A DNA stretch of 44,423 nt, taken from the IMG/VR virus record IMGVR_UViG_3300022666_000034, positions 1 through 44,423 of that record. One strand, given 5' to 3'. The notes beneath the pieces are model-generated. The model made no database searches and was not told the origin of the DNA. It was given only the letters and a program-made list of their open reading frames with translations. The DNA comes from a virus. Taxonomy: Duplodnaviria > Caudoviricetes. This document shows, piece after piece, positions 16,292 through 27,472 of this stretch. The stretch's first letter is position 1; each line of letters opens with the position of its first letter. The position numbers and the translations under genes were made by a program.

Positions 16292-16963
16292 ATGGATGTT
16301 CAGGGATTGATAGACGCCTTTGTGAGCGCAACGCGGGACATTTCCGGGCCGGAATACCTTTTTCGTGATGAGGAAATAGTTGATGTGTATGCCAACGCGG
16401 CAAGGGACAAGCTATTCCTCCTGACCCGCAACATGATTATTGATTCCACCACGGCTGAAGACGAAGAAGACCCGGCAAACCCATTGTGCGAGATAGACAT
16501 AGTTGCCGGAACCGGTTCGTATTCCTACAGTCCGAAAATCATCAAGGTCATTGATGTATACCTTGCATCACAGACCGCCCCGCTTCCCCGTGTGTTTGCG
16601 TCGTCCTTGCGTCTCAATACTCAAACTCAACATTGGCGTTCAATGGATGCGGGAACGCCTGTTTGCTGGTGTCCTGACCTTGACAGCGACAAGATAAGGC
16701 TCATCCCGGCCCCTTCCGCCAACGACACGGCATACCTCACTGTGTCCCGGTTCCCACTCACAAGACTTTCGTATCTGGAGCCAACGGCTTCACTTGGCTT
16801 CCGTGAAGAGTATCACGACGACCTGTTGCCGTGGATGCTGCACCTTGCGTTTTCCAAGAAGGACGCGGAGACGGACAAGCCGGAACTGTCAGCGTTCTAC
16901 CGCAGGAAGTTTGAAGACCGATGCAAGGTTATTAAGGTGGAGCTGTGCCGCAGGAGCATTTGA
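16292..16963 (+). CDS. Putative head-tail adaptor protein
   Basis: EYHDDLLPWMLHLAFSKKDAET motif and position after the capsid genes. Confidence 0.7.
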   Translation: MDVQGLIDAFVSATRDISGPEYLFRDEEIVDVYANAARDKLFLLTRNMIIDSTTAEDEEDPANPLCEIDIVAGTGSYSYSPKIIKVIDVYLASQTAPLPRVFASSLRLNTQTQHWRSMDAGTPVCWCPDLDSDKIRLIPAPSANDTAYLTVSRFPLTRLSYLEPTASLGFREEYHDDLLPWMLHLAFSKKDAETDKPELSAFYRRKFEDRCKVIKVELCRRSI

Positions 16964-16964
16964 C

Positions 16965-17852
16965 ATGCCTGAATCCATCGCCATAACCGGCTTTTCCGGG
17001 ATAAACAACGCACAGGACGCGGCCAGGCTGAAAGGGCCGTCTATCGGCTCTCCCGCGCCCGCTGACTGTACGGAGATGGTGAACGTTGACATTACCGACA
17101 CTCTGAGCGTGGCAAGGCGCACGGGGACCACCAAGCGGTACTCAGGGACGCCAAAGGACATTTGGGCGAACGCTGACGGGACGGAAGTCTATTTTACCGA
17201 GGGCGGCTATCTCAAGCGGATGTTGCCCGGTAACACGGCTGTCAACATCCGCGCTCTCACATCCACAGATTCCATGAGCTACACGCAGGTCAACTACTTG
17301 ACCGTATGCAGCAACGGAGTGGATCTCTTTATGGTGCAGAATGGCGTGTCGATGGAGTTTGCCACTACCTCGAAGCGGTTCAAGGAGTCGGTGCAAGCCG
17401 GTCACTGCCTTGCCTACTTCAACAGGCGGCTCTATATCGGCGTTGGCAATGTCCTTTGGTACACTGACGCCGACGACATCCAGCGGCTGGATGAGAGGGA
17501 CGATCCGATGGCCTTCAACGGGCGGATACGGATGATTCTTCCCCTTGAATCCGGAATGTTCGTCATGGCTGACAAGGTGTACTGGCTGGCGGGGCTGTCG
17601 CCTCTGGAGTTCACTCTTCGCACTGCCTACGCCAAGACAGCCGTCACAGGTTCTGGCGTGGTCACTGACGGCTTTCCCTTGGGCGTCAATGGCAAGGTCG
17701 CGCTGTTCTGGGCGGGCGGGATATGCGAGGGGAGGGAAGGCGGGCAGGTAATCAACCATACAGCCGATACCATCACGGCGACGCAGCAGGAGAGGGGCGC
17801 GGCTGTTGTCAGGACCACGGGAACGATGACGCAATACCTTGTGTGGATATAA
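16965..17852 (+). CDS. Putative tail nozzle/stabilisation protein (beta-propeller-like)
   Basis: FSGINN...NVDI...RRTG start typical of this virion protein class. Confidence 0.6.
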   Translation: MPESIAITGFSGINNAQDAARLKGPSIGSPAPADCTEMVNVDITDTLSVARRTGTTKRYSGTPKDIWANADGTEVYFTEGGYLKRMLPGNTAVNIRALTSTDSMSYTQVNYLTVCSNGVDLFMVQNGVSMEFATTSKRFKESVQAGHCLAYFNRRLYIGVGNVLWYTDADDIQRLDERDDPMAFNGRIRMILPLESGMFVMADKVYWLAGLSPLEFTLRTAYAKTAVTGSGVVTDGFPLGVNGKVALFWAGGICEGREGGQVINHTADTITATQQERGAAVVRTTGTMTQYLVWI

Positions 17853-17864
17853 GGAGAAGACGAG

Positions 17865-18659
17865 ATGAATCTTTCGACAGGAATGCAAGCGTGTCTGGCC
17901 GCTCACGGATACCATCAGGCACTTTCCAATGGATGGGCGGAGGCGCGAAGCGGTTCCATGCCCGCGACGGCTGACGCGGCTGATACCGGCACTTTGCTTG
18001 CCGTGGTGACGCTTAACGGTGGCGCATATACCGGGGAGACAAGGGCAAGGTGGAAGATAACCCTTGCCGGATCTTCCGGCAGCGTTGACACCATCAAGAT
18101 TGGCGGGATGCCTGTACTTCCTGCGGCTGTCAATTTTACTTCGACACTTGCGGCAACGGCAACGGCTGTCGCGGCGGCAATCAACGCCAACTCCACCAAT
18201 CCGAAGTTTGACGCCAGCACGGACGACGATGATGTTTATATCACGGCCCCATACGGCAGCGGGACCGATTACAACGCCGTGGTGTGTGCGACTACCGCAA
18301 CCACGATGACGGCGACGGTAGCGGGAGACGGGACGCCGAACGGCTCAGGAGGCACGGCAGGGGTAGCGGCGGTGAACGGGCTGAACTGGCAGTATCCGCC
18401 TGTTGCCGGGGTGCTGTCCAAGGAGTCAACCACATGGCAGGATTCATCGGCCAACGCTTCCGGAACGGTGGGCTATATCCGGCTGAAACTGGACGCTACG
18501 GATGATGGCACATTGTCCACTACCTACCGCCGGATTGACTTTTCCGTTGCCTCGAGCGGGGCGGATATCAACGGGACTTCTCTTGTCACCACGGCGGCGG
18601 CCCCGTTTATCATCTCCGACTTGCCTCTGACCATCCCGAAGGCAGGGAGCGCAACATAG
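17865..18659 (+). CDS. Virion structural protein (Ala/Thr/Gly-rich)
   Basis: SGSMPATADAADTGTLL...GTVGYIRL...RIDFSV; AAGGAG RBS. Confidence 0.65.
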   Translation: MNLSTGMQACLAAHGYHQALSNGWAEARSGSMPATADAADTGTLLAVVTLNGGAYTGETRARWKITLAGSSGSVDTIKIGGMPVLPAAVNFTSTLAATATAVAAAINANSTNPKFDASTDDDDVYITAPYGSGTDYNAVVCATTATTMTATVAGDGTPNGSGGTAGVAAVNGLNWQYPPVAGVLSKESTTWQDSSANASGTVGYIRLKLDATDDGTLSTTYRRIDFSVASSGADINGTSLVTTAAAPFIISDLPLTIPKAGSAT

Positions 18660-18668
18660 GGGAATGAC

Positions 18669-19583
18669 ATGGCCTATCTGAAATACACATACACCTCAAG
18701 CGCGACGGCGGCGCAGATACTGGCTGATGTGGTGCTGTTCCTGACCGGCACCACGGATGTTGCCGACTTTTCCGCCTCATGCGACGACGCGAACAGTGAA
18801 ATTGATGTGTCCGTTGACGCGGCGGGCTGGACGGTCCACGACGCCAGCGCAGGGACGAACGCACAGGTCCTGAAAGCCCTTGTCGCCAGTTCCGCCAGTC
18901 AATACAAGTACCTGAAGATAGACACCAATTCAGCGGGCTATATCAAGCTGTCCGGCTACGAGACATGGGACGCAACGGCGCATACCGGAACGAACCTTTG
19001 CTACAACTCCGACTCAACGAGCTATTGCCAGCGGCTGAACGTGGCGGCGGGCGGGCGTCTGGATATCCGGGCGAACGTCCATTGCGTATGGGCGTTTAGT
19101 TTCCAGGGTGGGGCCTATGGCTCATCGACCGGCAACAGTCCATCCGGGATACTGGAGAGGACTCGCCTTTCCCCGTGGGACACGGCTGACAATGGATACC
19201 CGCCATTCATGTTTGCTTGCGGGGTGACGGCAGCAACCTACACCGAACCGCGCAGCCTGGACGCGGCGGGGGCGGATGTTACCGGCTCATCGGCCACATG
19301 CGCCCCTATCCATGCCTTTGGCGGCGGCGGCACTCTCCCGGCACTGCCTACCACTACGGTTCAGGCTGACGATACCGGCGCGGTGTTCAAGCATGTCATG
19401 GTGCCGTTCGGAGGCAACCGGGTTGCTCACGGGCATTTGGGCGGCGACTTCTCCAGCCTGTGCGATATCTACCTGACCACTTACGCCAACGGTTCAGCGT
19501 TCGACACGGTGACTTATAGCGGTGGAACTTACGTTATCTGGACTTACGGCGCGACACACAGGTTTGCGGTACGCAAGGGGTAA
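18669..19583 (+). CDS. Virion structural protein, function unknown
   Basis: Long ORF in the structural operon. Confidence 0.65.
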   Translation: MAYLKYTYTSSATAAQILADVVLFLTGTTDVADFSASCDDANSEIDVSVDAAGWTVHDASAGTNAQVLKALVASSASQYKYLKIDTNSAGYIKLSGYETWDATAHTGTNLCYNSDSTSYCQRLNVAAGGRLDIRANVHCVWAFSFQGGAYGSSTGNSPSGILERTRLSPWDTADNGYPPFMFACGVTAATYTEPRSLDAAGADVTGSSATCAPIHAFGGGGTLPALPTTTVQADDTGAVFKHVMVPFGGNRVAHGHLGGDFSSLCDIYLTTYANGSAFDTVTYSGGTYVIWTYGATHRFAVRKG

Positions 19584-19586
19584 TCC

Positions 19587-20492
19587 GTGGCTGATTGGGG
19601 CGATGGCATTGTTGTAGCGTTACCGTATACGGATATCGGGCATGGTTCCTATTCGTTCCTTGGCGCACTGTTCAACGACGATGATCCGGCCAGCGTTCCC
19701 ATAACCGTTTCCGGGGCTGTCACTTTTGACATGCCAACAGCGGCGGGGGTGCTGGTAGCGCGTATTCCGGTTGTTTCCGGGGCTGTGACCTTCGATATGC
19801 CGGAGGTGGACGGGACCATCGTTATGGGCGTGGTGCTGTCCGGGGCTGTCACTTTCGATATGCCGGAGGTCGCCGGGCGGCTTGGATACGGCCTTTATGG
19901 GGCTGTGACCTTCGATATGCCTACGGCGGCGGGGGTGGTGGTGGCTACCATTCCCTCTGTTTCCGGGGCTGTTACCTTCGACATGCCGACCGTTGCCGGG
20001 TGGATTGTTCCCGGTCCCGGCTCAATCTTCACTGTCTATGTGATGAACCTGAAAAACAAGGGAGTGACGGAGTACAGACAATTCAATTTCACCTCGGCCT
20101 GCGCGTTGCCCGATGGCCGGGTGCTGATGACCGGCAGCGACGGGATATACGAGCTTACCGGCAGCACTGACGCAGGAACGGCGATAGCAGCGCATATCAT
20201 CACAGGGGCGAACAATTTTGGAGATCCCCGGCACAAGAACATTTCCGACATTTACGCGGAGGTGGAAGGAACTGGAAGTATCCAGGTATCCACCCTGGTT
20301 GACAAGAATACGGAGGGCGGGGCGCAAACACTCACGCTACCGGGCGGGACCGTTACGGACGTGAAGCGGGGCAAGATGCCACTTGGCTCCTACGGTTCCC
20401 GGTGGCAGGTCAAGGTTGTGAACGTCTCCGGCGCGGATTTCGAGCTGCACGGGCTGGAATTGCTGGCGAGCCTGACGGGGAACAGGGTATGA
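19587..20492 (+). CDS. Virion structural protein with five (V/L)xGAVTFDMP repeats
   Basis: Internal repeats at ~19707-19987; C-terminal VMNLKNKGVTEYRQFNFTS tail-protein motif. Confidence 0.7.
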   Translation: MADWGDGIVVALPYTDIGHGSYSFLGALFNDDDPASVPITVSGAVTFDMPTAAGVLVARIPVVSGAVTFDMPEVDGTIVMGVVLSGAVTFDMPEVAGRLGYGLYGAVTFDMPTAAGVVVATIPSVSGAVTFDMPTVAGWIVPGPGSIFTVYVMNLKNKGVTEYRQFNFTSACALPDGRVLMTGSDGIYELTGSTDAGTAIAAHIITGANNFGDPRHKNISDIYAEVEGTGSIQVSTLVDKNTEGGAQTLTLPGGTVTDVKRGKMPLGSYGSRWQVKVVNVSGADFELHGLELLASLTGNRV

Positions 20493-22585
20493 AGCCGGCC
20501 AAAAAGCGCATACTCCACGCTGATGGACATAAGTATTTGGGCGTTTGCCGGTCCAAGCTGGCGGCATTGGAGCAGTTGCGCGACGCTGGCGACGTGCTGA
20601 AGAAGTCCTTCCACCTTCCCGATGACCTGATAGCAACGGTGGTATGTGGCGACGTGGACATGATAACCATCATGAAGATACCCTTCTCCGGATTCCTGTT
20701 TCATCCGCGTGTGGGTGATATCGACTGGATGCCGCATAACTATTGGGCGGGAATGGGATTCAGGACCGTGCGTTTTCCGTATGTCAAGGGAACGGGATGG
20801 GATTTCAACGGGGATGCCTTGCCGGGTACGCCTGTTGAGTATCCGCTTGCCGATGACGACCACGGCACAAGGAGGATAGAGCGTCTCAGTACCGGCAGCA
20901 GGGAATGGAAGTTCTTTCAGCGGACGCCGGAGAATTACGGCAACATCGACTGGAAAGGGCTGAACACGGCAAAGACTGGCGAAGAGCCGAATAATCCTAT
21001 CCTGACATGGCGTGGCCCCCGGTCGCGCTACTTTGCTGAAGCTATGGAGTACCCGGCTACCGGAGAGCCGTACTATTCAGCCAATATCTACCAATCCGGG
21101 AAGGTGCTGACATCCGTTCCGGTGTCTGAGAAACCGGCCACACAGACAGGGGAGATAGTCCCTTACGTGGTCCTTGGCGCGGCGTTGACCACGGACGAAG
21201 ACGGCGAGACGTGGCTTGTCGCGGTGCTGAAAGAGTATTTCTTCGACCTATCGACCGGGGAGAGCCGCAACGGTATGAGGGTGGCGGCGAGGAAATACTC
21301 TCACCTCAAGGACGACTTGAACGGCTGGCATGATGAGGAATCGAATCCGGAAGGCTGGCGGATACTATTCAACGTTGCCAAGTTCCCCGCATCTTCCCCA
21401 TTTCATTTCAACTCATCCGGCACAGAGTCAAGTTCCGTTCACGAATGGGTAATCTACACCGTCACCGTCAACATCAACACGCTATCCGCTGAAATGGCGA
21501 CGGTCGCGGCGGCGGATAACATAACCGGGACCGGACACCAGGAAGGGACCGGGATAATGACCGGGACTTATAGCGGATGGGATGGCGCGGTGTATTCGCC
21601 AAGGGGCGAACTTGTTGATCCGCTGTCTGGTATCTGGCTGGACGGAAGCAATAACTATGTTGGCTCATGCAATTACTATCAAGGCGGGTACGGTTCCAGG
21701 TCAGAGCGCGTTGAGGCTGTTTGTGCTGTCGATTATCAGGGAGATACGAAGGTTGAAGCGCGGCTGTCTTCGGTTGTCTCCTCCAAGAAAGAAACGGCGA
21801 TAGTAACCAACATCAGCGCGACGGCAACGACGCTTCCCGGCACGTCCACACCCACGCGCGGAGCGTATCACGGGACGACCAGAACGGGTACTGTGATCAC
21901 CTATGATTGCAAGGTAACGTTGTCATTTGGTAACATAGAGGAAGATGTTTACACCGAAACAATCATGTCCCATGACGGCACGAAGGGCGAGACGAAATAT
22001 TCCATTATTGAGTGGTCAGGCAACACGCCGGTCAAGCTGTCCGGAGGCGGTTTCAGTATGACACTGGACGATGAGGAACGGGACAGATACGCGGGTGCGG
22101 TGCTGTTCCTCGACCTTCGGCACGATATCGCTGTGCTGGCGCGGCGGCGGCTCTATGGCAAGACTACAGCGCACACGAATCATTACACATGGGATTACGA
22201 AAGCGGGGGGGCGTCTGTCCCGGTAGATGATGAGTCAACGGCAACAACGGCATATGAGACCATCATCAAGATATCAGGCGCGGGGGCTGATGAGGTGTCA
22301 TGGTATGAGCAGTTTGTGTTTACCGACGATGACGACCACATAACCATGCAAGATCCTTCTTATGCCAGCATCACGGACATAACGGCTGATTACGCGGTTC
22401 AGTCAATCCATTTCCGGTATTCCAATCAGCCTGCAGGCTCATGGGCCGTTGACCGGAACGGCAACCACTTCTATTCCATGCTGAAGCTGGACGGGACACA
22501 TAACTATCTGACGGGGGGCGATCCGGTGACGCTGACGGAGACAGTGGGCGACAACCCGGTATTCTTCCCGATTGCTCCAATATGA
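20489..22585 (+). CDS. Large virion/tail protein
   Basis: ATGA-coupled to the previous gene; ~698 aa, beta-rich. Confidence 0.7.
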   Translation: MKPAKKRILHADGHKYLGVCRSKLAALEQLRDAGDVLKKSFHLPDDLIATVVCGDVDMITIMKIPFSGFLFHPRVGDIDWMPHNYWAGMGFRTVRFPYVKGTGWDFNGDALPGTPVEYPLADDDHGTRRIERLSTGSREWKFFQRTPENYGNIDWKGLNTAKTGEEPNNPILTWRGPRSRYFAEAMEYPATGEPYYSANIYQSGKVLTSVPVSEKPATQTGEIVPYVVLGAALTTDEDGETWLVAVLKEYFFDLSTGESRNGMRVAARKYSHLKDDLNGWHDEESNPEGWRILFNVAKFPASSPFHFNSSGTESSSVHEWVIYTVTVNINTLSAEMATVAAADNITGTGHQEGTGIMTGTYSGWDGAVYSPRGELVDPLSGIWLDGSNNYVGSCNYYQGGYGSRSERVEAVCAVDYQGDTKVEARLSSVVSSKKETAIVTNISATATTLPGTSTPTRGAYHGTTRTGTVITYDCKVTLSFGNIEEDVYTETIMSHDGTKGETKYSIIEWSGNTPVKLSGGGFSMTLDDEERDRYAGAVLFLDLRHDIAVLARRRLYGKTTAHTNHYTWDYESGGASVPVDDESTATTAYETIIKISGAGADEVSWYEQFVFTDDDDHITMQDPSYASITDITADYAVQSIHFRYSNQPAGSWAVDRNGNHFYSMLKLDGTHNYLTGGDPVTLTETVGDNPVFFPIAPI

Positions 22586-22593
22586 GGTGAGAG

Positions 22594-23568
22594 ATGGCGG
22601 ATATTGATCCCCAAACAATCCTTGCGGAAAGCAAGGCATATGCCGACAGCCTGAAATCGGAGTTATCCGACGCGCTTTCACGGCTGGAATCCTTTGCGGC
22701 GTTTCCTCTGTCATGGGTGGAGTTCGCGCCATCGGCGGCATTCATTCCGGAGAAGGCGGCAAGGATAGACGCGGGGAATCTCCCGACGCTGGAACGGGCC
22801 GTCATGGGCGCGGAGTTTAGCGACCTGGCCCAAGAGCTGACGGAGTATAAGGGGCATGTGTTCATCGCTCCCTACCTTGACGATATGCAAGATGTGCTGA
22901 TGGGGTGGGTAGAGTCTGGCGGTGTGGGTATCAGCGATGATGTGCAGACCGCCCTATGGGACGACATGCGCGAGAGGGACTTGCAGACCCTTTCCGACGC
23001 CCTAGACCTTGCGGCGGATACTGACGCGAAGAGGGGCTTTGCCTATCCCACGAAGCGGCGTAGGACTTCCGAGATCATCACTAACTACCAGATGACCCGC
23101 GACAACCGCAACCGGGAAATCACGGCGAAGCTGGCGGAACTGGCGCAACAGAACGTGCAGAACGCCATAGCGCAAAACATCAGTATCGAGCAGATTCATT
23201 CCGGCTTCTCCCTCGGACTGTCCGGGGTGTGGAACAATATCAAAAACCGCATCATCGAGAAATTCCGCGTTGAGCAGGAGGCCCGGATCGCGGAGTTCAA
23301 CGGGCTACTCTCTACCATCCAAGCCGGGTATGAGGTGGCGAAGGCCAACGCGGATATTGACAACAGGTATCAGGACTTGCTGGCGAAGGTCTATGAGGTG
23401 GAAAAGACCATCTCCACCAACAGGACCGGGGCATTGATACAGCAGTCTGAACATGCGGCGACACTGAGGCTGCAAGCGGCAGGCGGCTACGTTGACGGGC
23501 TTTCCAAGCAACTCAGCTCGGCACTGCTCCAGGTCAACGGGGTTGCCGTCACCACGTCGAACAAATAG
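22594..23568 (+). CDS. Putative internal virion (DNA ejection) protein
   Basis: Helical, AKRGFAYP motif; position typical of ejection genes. Confidence 0.6.
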   Translation: MADIDPQTILAESKAYADSLKSELSDALSRLESFAAFPLSWVEFAPSAAFIPEKAARIDAGNLPTLERAVMGAEFSDLAQELTEYKGHVFIAPYLDDMQDVLMGWVESGGVGISDDVQTALWDDMRERDLQTLSDALDLAADTDAKRGFAYPTKRRRTSEIITNYQMTRDNRNREITAKLAELAQQNVQNAIAQNISIEQIHSGFSLGLSGVWNNIKNRIIEKFRVEQEARIAEFNGLLSTIQAGYEVAKANADIDNRYQDLLAKVYEVEKTISTNRTGALIQQSEHAATLRLQAAGGYVDGLSKQLSSALLQVNGVAVTTSNK

Positions 23569-23576
23569 GGGGCCAC

Positions 23577-24875
23577 ATGACTAGCCTTTACGACTTATAT
23601 CGGCAGCATAAGGATGCGGCAGGGGCGTTTACCGGAGGGCTTCCCGCTCAGAACACGGTCGGCTACCTCAACATGCCGGAAACGCCGATACCGGCGCAGC
23701 AATCCGCGCTGGCGTCGCTGGCTCCCGGTCAGATGGGTACGCCGGCGCCGGGCGCGGGCTACGCTCAGGTAGGCAACCGGCGCGTCACTCTGGCGGATAT
23801 TGGCGGGCAGAATGACCCCTTCCGAGGCGGCGGGGCGGTAAGCTTTGTCGATTTCGGCGGGCAGAAGACCTACAGCCTGAACCCTGATGTCCAGCGGGCA
23901 GGGGTGGAGATGGAGCAGCAGCGGCAGGCTGACCAGTCCATGATGGCCGGACTTCCCAACGGGATGACGCTGCAAGAGTTCCTGCAAGCCCCTTTCAGCC
24001 GCGGCAAGGACCAGGGCGCGTTGATGCAACTCTATCACCAGATGGAAGGGACGGCGGTGCAGCGGGGGCAGCTGGCGCGGGCATTGTCGCAGCCGGGCCC
24101 TGAATACTTGCAGGACAAGCGGCAAGCCGGGCAGATGGAAATAGAGCGGATGAGGCAGCAGGGGCAGGAATACCGGCAGATGGCACTTGAAGACCTCAGA
24201 CAGCAACGGCAACAGGCGTCCATTGACGCAGCCGACAGACGCCAAGCAAAGTATCTCGAAGCCCAGAACGAACGGTCCAACACGCGCAACACCAAGGAGG
24301 ATCGCCGGTTTGAAACTTCCCTTCGGAAAGAGTTCGAGGGGGCAAAGATAGTCAAGGAATACGATGTAACCAGAAATCAAATGGGGAGGATGGAATCCAG
24401 TTTGAGAGAGATTCAACGCGACCCTAAAAAACCTCAAAATTACATAGCGTTAGACCAAACGCTGATAATGCTATTCAACAAGATGCTCGATACTGATTCT
24501 GTCGTCCGCGAAGGGGAATACGCCCGCACTATCCAGAACTCGCCCATGATGAACAGGATAGCGGGCAAGTTGCAGCAAGTGGCGACTGGCGGAGCGGGGT
24601 TCACCAACTCAGAACGGCAAGCGATTGTCAACATGGCGCGGACATTCGCACAGGAAGCAAAAGGGCTTTACGACAATCACGCCAACGAATATAGGCGGAT
24701 AGCGGGAGAGACTGGGGCGGACCCAAACAGGGTTGTGATCAGCAGGGAACCACGGGGGCAATCTCCGGGAGGCTCCAAGGTTGACACCTCGAAGCCGGTC
24801 AACAATGGCCGGGTTAACGGTTTTATGCAAGCCGATGGCTCTATCGTTGACGCATCAGGACGGAGGCTGAATTAA
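23577..24875 (+). CDS. Putative DNA ejection protein
   Basis: Gln-rich coiled coil; DQTLIMLFNKMLDTDSVVREGE motif recalled from phage DNA-transfer proteins. Confidence 0.65.
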   Translation: MTSLYDLYRQHKDAAGAFTGGLPAQNTVGYLNMPETPIPAQQSALASLAPGQMGTPAPGAGYAQVGNRRVTLADIGGQNDPFRGGGAVSFVDFGGQKTYSLNPDVQRAGVEMEQQRQADQSMMAGLPNGMTLQEFLQAPFSRGKDQGALMQLYHQMEGTAVQRGQLARALSQPGPEYLQDKRQAGQMEIERMRQQGQEYRQMALEDLRQQRQQASIDAADRRQAKYLEAQNERSNTRNTKEDRRFETSLRKEFEGAKIVKEYDVTRNQMGRMESSLREIQRDPKKPQNYIALDQTLIMLFNKMLDTDSVVREGEYARTIQNSPMMNRIAGKLQQVATGGAGFTNSERQAIVNMARTFAQEAKGLYDNHANEYRRIAGETGADPNRVVISREPRGQSPGGSKVDTSKPVNNGRVNGFMQADGSIVDASGRRLN

Positions 24876-27472
24876 TGGCTGGCGAATGGAAGGAAGGGCA
24901 TATCCCACTGAATGACGAATGGAAGGAAGGGCATATTGAAGCCGCTCAGTCCGTGCAACCGGCCACGCCTCCCCGGAAGAAGTCGTCAACTCCCATTGCC
25001 GATTACTTCACGACTCCACCAGACCGGCCAGCGTCATTGAAGGACTTTGTGACGAAGAATGTCCCTCGGAGTGCCGCAAATACGCTCTATGGCATAGCAA
25101 GCGCGTTGCCCATTACGGCCCCATTCGTCCAGGCTCATGACATGGCGACGGGCGGGCCACGGACGCAATCAGCGTTGAGCGACCTGAAAAACCTCAAGCT
25201 GTCAGACATACCGGGGAAGATGTTGGAAAACGCCAAAGGACTGGCAAAGTCTATCGCCGCTCCGTTTGGGCTGGCAGACTCCGGCAAGTTCATTACCAAC
25301 GCGGCCAAGGGCGGGCCTCTCTATGCCGCATATCGCGCAGCGACTCAGCCGGGAGAAACTCCACTAGGAGAAACGGGCGGGGAAGAGTTCGCTGACGCAT
25401 GGACACGGCAGCCGGTACAATCGGCGCTGGCGGTCGCGCCGATGGCGGTAGCAGCGGGCGGGAAGGTGGTGTCAGGTGCAAGGGGGTTAAAAGACATCCG
25501 CAATCTTCCCGAGAATATAATCAAGCGTGGTGCGGCAAACCGTCTGAACGAGTCGATAACCAAGACTGGCCCGGTATCGAAGCAATCAGCGATCAACGCG
25601 GTTGAAACCGAGATATTGAAAAAGAAGATACCGGGATGGGATGTGGGCATGGGGCAAGCGACAGACGACCCACAACTGTTGGCGTTACAACGCAGGATTG
25701 GAATGAATGACGATGCCGCCAAGGCATACACGGACGCTTTGCGAATGGGCAATAACCAGGCGTTGAGGTCTTTCCTTGACAAGTCCCTGCCCGGTGAAGG
25801 CGGCATTGACGATGTGTTGGCAGTGTTGGAAAGGGCGACGAAAGGAGCAAGGGCGGCGACAGTGAGCAGGTCAGGCGCGGCGACAAGGCAACTTGAATCA
25901 CTCCCCGGACAATCCAAAGAAGCAGCGGGTGGAGTCCTCCGAAAATCAGCGGAAACGGTCAGAGACACTTTGCGGGCCAAGTCCGCCAAGCTGTATGAGA
26001 AGGTGCCAGAAAATGCCGAACTGGACAGTACGCCTATCTACAGCGGCATAGAGCGGGAGTTTTCCGCGAACGATCCGGCATTCAGCAAAATCAACACGCA
26101 ACTAAATAGCGTGTTGCGACGGGCGAAGGGCGCGCTTGAGCCTGAACCATCTCTCATTCTTGGCCCTGACGAATTGCCCGCAATCACCACAGAAGGACCG
26201 GCAAGCATCACAGTGGGGCAGGTCAAAAACTTCCGCTCTCAGGTTACAAGCAATTTACGGGCTGCACAGAAAGAAGGAAATGCCGACCTTGCCCGCCGGT
26301 ATCGGAATATACTTGACGACATCGAAAAGACTGAGGATTTGGCAATACAGAACGGCATGGGCGAGGGGATAGACGCATTGCGGGAGGCCCGGAGCTTTTA
26401 CCGTGATGTCTATGTTCCAATAGTGAGGCGCGGCGGGACGGCTGAAGTCTTGGCAAAAGAGGGAACGGGCGGAATGAGGGTTGATCCCGCGATGGTGGGT
26501 AAGTCCTATTTCCAGCCGGGAGACAAGGGCGTTGAAGCCGCAAACTCTTTTGTCAGAACGTTCGGAAACGATGATGTAGCCCGTGGGGCCATAAAGGACT
26601 ATGCGGCCAATGACCTGTTGACCTACGCGCAGAATCCTCTTACCGGAAAGATTGAGGTTGGCAAGGTATCGAGATGGATGGCCCGCCACAAGGATGCGCT
26701 GGACCGGCTCAACCTTGGCGATGAATTTAAGACCGTCAAATCGGCGGCGGAAGCGGCGGAAGCGGCGAGGGCGGCGGAAACGCAACTAGCGCAATCCAGA
26801 TTTGGGAAGGTGTTGGGGACGGACCCGAAAAAGGCTATGCAATATCTGTTTGGCGGGGAGAACGCGAGAAAAACCGCGCTCACCATGAAAGAACTCTTAA
26901 AGATGACCGATGGCGACAATCTCGCCAAGGTAGGACTGAAGAGATCTTTTGCCGATATGCTTATAAAGAACGCGGAGATGCATTCAAAGGATAACGCGGG
27001 TATCCGGAATATAGGACAGGCGAAACTTGAAGGGTCGCTTGACGCATATCAGCCAGCTATGAGGATTCTGTATTCCAAGGAGGAATTGAATGCGCTCCAC
27101 AACGTCCACAGGGCAATAGATATTGCTTCGCGGATAAACCGTTCTGTGTCTGGGGTTGCCGGGTCGCAAAGTGCTGACCTTATCACAGGTAAGGCAATGG
27201 CGGGGGAGATAGTGCGTAACTATCTCCCTCTCAACTCATCCTTCCGTATTCTCCGGGCGGTGTTCAAGGGCTTGAAATCGGGATATGACGCACAGGTGAA
27301 CGAATATATATCAAGGGCCATATATGACCCGCAAGTGGCAAAGGTACTTGTAGACGTGATGAAGTTGGCGAAATCCAAAGGTACGAAAGCGGCGACGGCA
27401 CAGCTTTCGGAGAAAGCGGCAATATCCGCCACAGCATCAGGCGCAATTTCATCACCTCTTGAACCAGAATGA
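24875..27472 (+). CDS. Large putative DNA ejection/internal virion protein
   Basis: 865 aa, Ala/Lys-rich helical; last of three ejection-like genes. Confidence 0.65.
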   Translation: MAGEWKEGHIPLNDEWKEGHIEAAQSVQPATPPRKKSSTPIADYFTTPPDRPASLKDFVTKNVPRSAANTLYGIASALPITAPFVQAHDMATGGPRTQSALSDLKNLKLSDIPGKMLENAKGLAKSIAAPFGLADSGKFITNAAKGGPLYAAYRAATQPGETPLGETGGEEFADAWTRQPVQSALAVAPMAVAAGGKVVSGARGLKDIRNLPENIIKRGAANRLNESITKTGPVSKQSAINAVETEILKKKIPGWDVGMGQATDDPQLLALQRRIGMNDDAAKAYTDALRMGNNQALRSFLDKSLPGEGGIDDVLAVLERATKGARAATVSRSGAATRQLESLPGQSKEAAGGVLRKSAETVRDTLRAKSAKLYEKVPENAELDSTPIYSGIEREFSANDPAFSKINTQLNSVLRRAKGALEPEPSLILGPDELPAITTEGPASITVGQVKNFRSQVTSNLRAAQKEGNADLARRYRNILDDIEKTEDLAIQNGMGEGIDALREARSFYRDVYVPIVRRGGTAEVLAKEGTGGMRVDPAMVGKSYFQPGDKGVEAANSFVRTFGNDDVARGAIKDYAANDLLTYAQNPLTGKIEVGKVSRWMARHKDALDRLNLGDEFKTVKSAAEAAEAARAAETQLAQSRFGKVLGTDPKKAMQYLFGGENARKTALTMKELLKMTDGDNLAKVGLKRSFADMLIKNAEMHSKDNAGIRNIGQAKLEGSLDAYQPAMRILYSKEELNALHNVHRAIDIASRINRSVSGVAGSQSADLITGKAMAGEIVRNYLPLNSSFRILRAVFKGLKSGYDAQVNEYISRAIYDPQVAKVLVDVMKLAKSKGTKAATAQLSEKAAISATASGAISSPLEPE

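Noticed and set aside
9457-27455. Many minus-strand ORFs over the structural genes
   Set aside because: Shadow ORFs of long + strand genes, with no recognisable motifs or RBS
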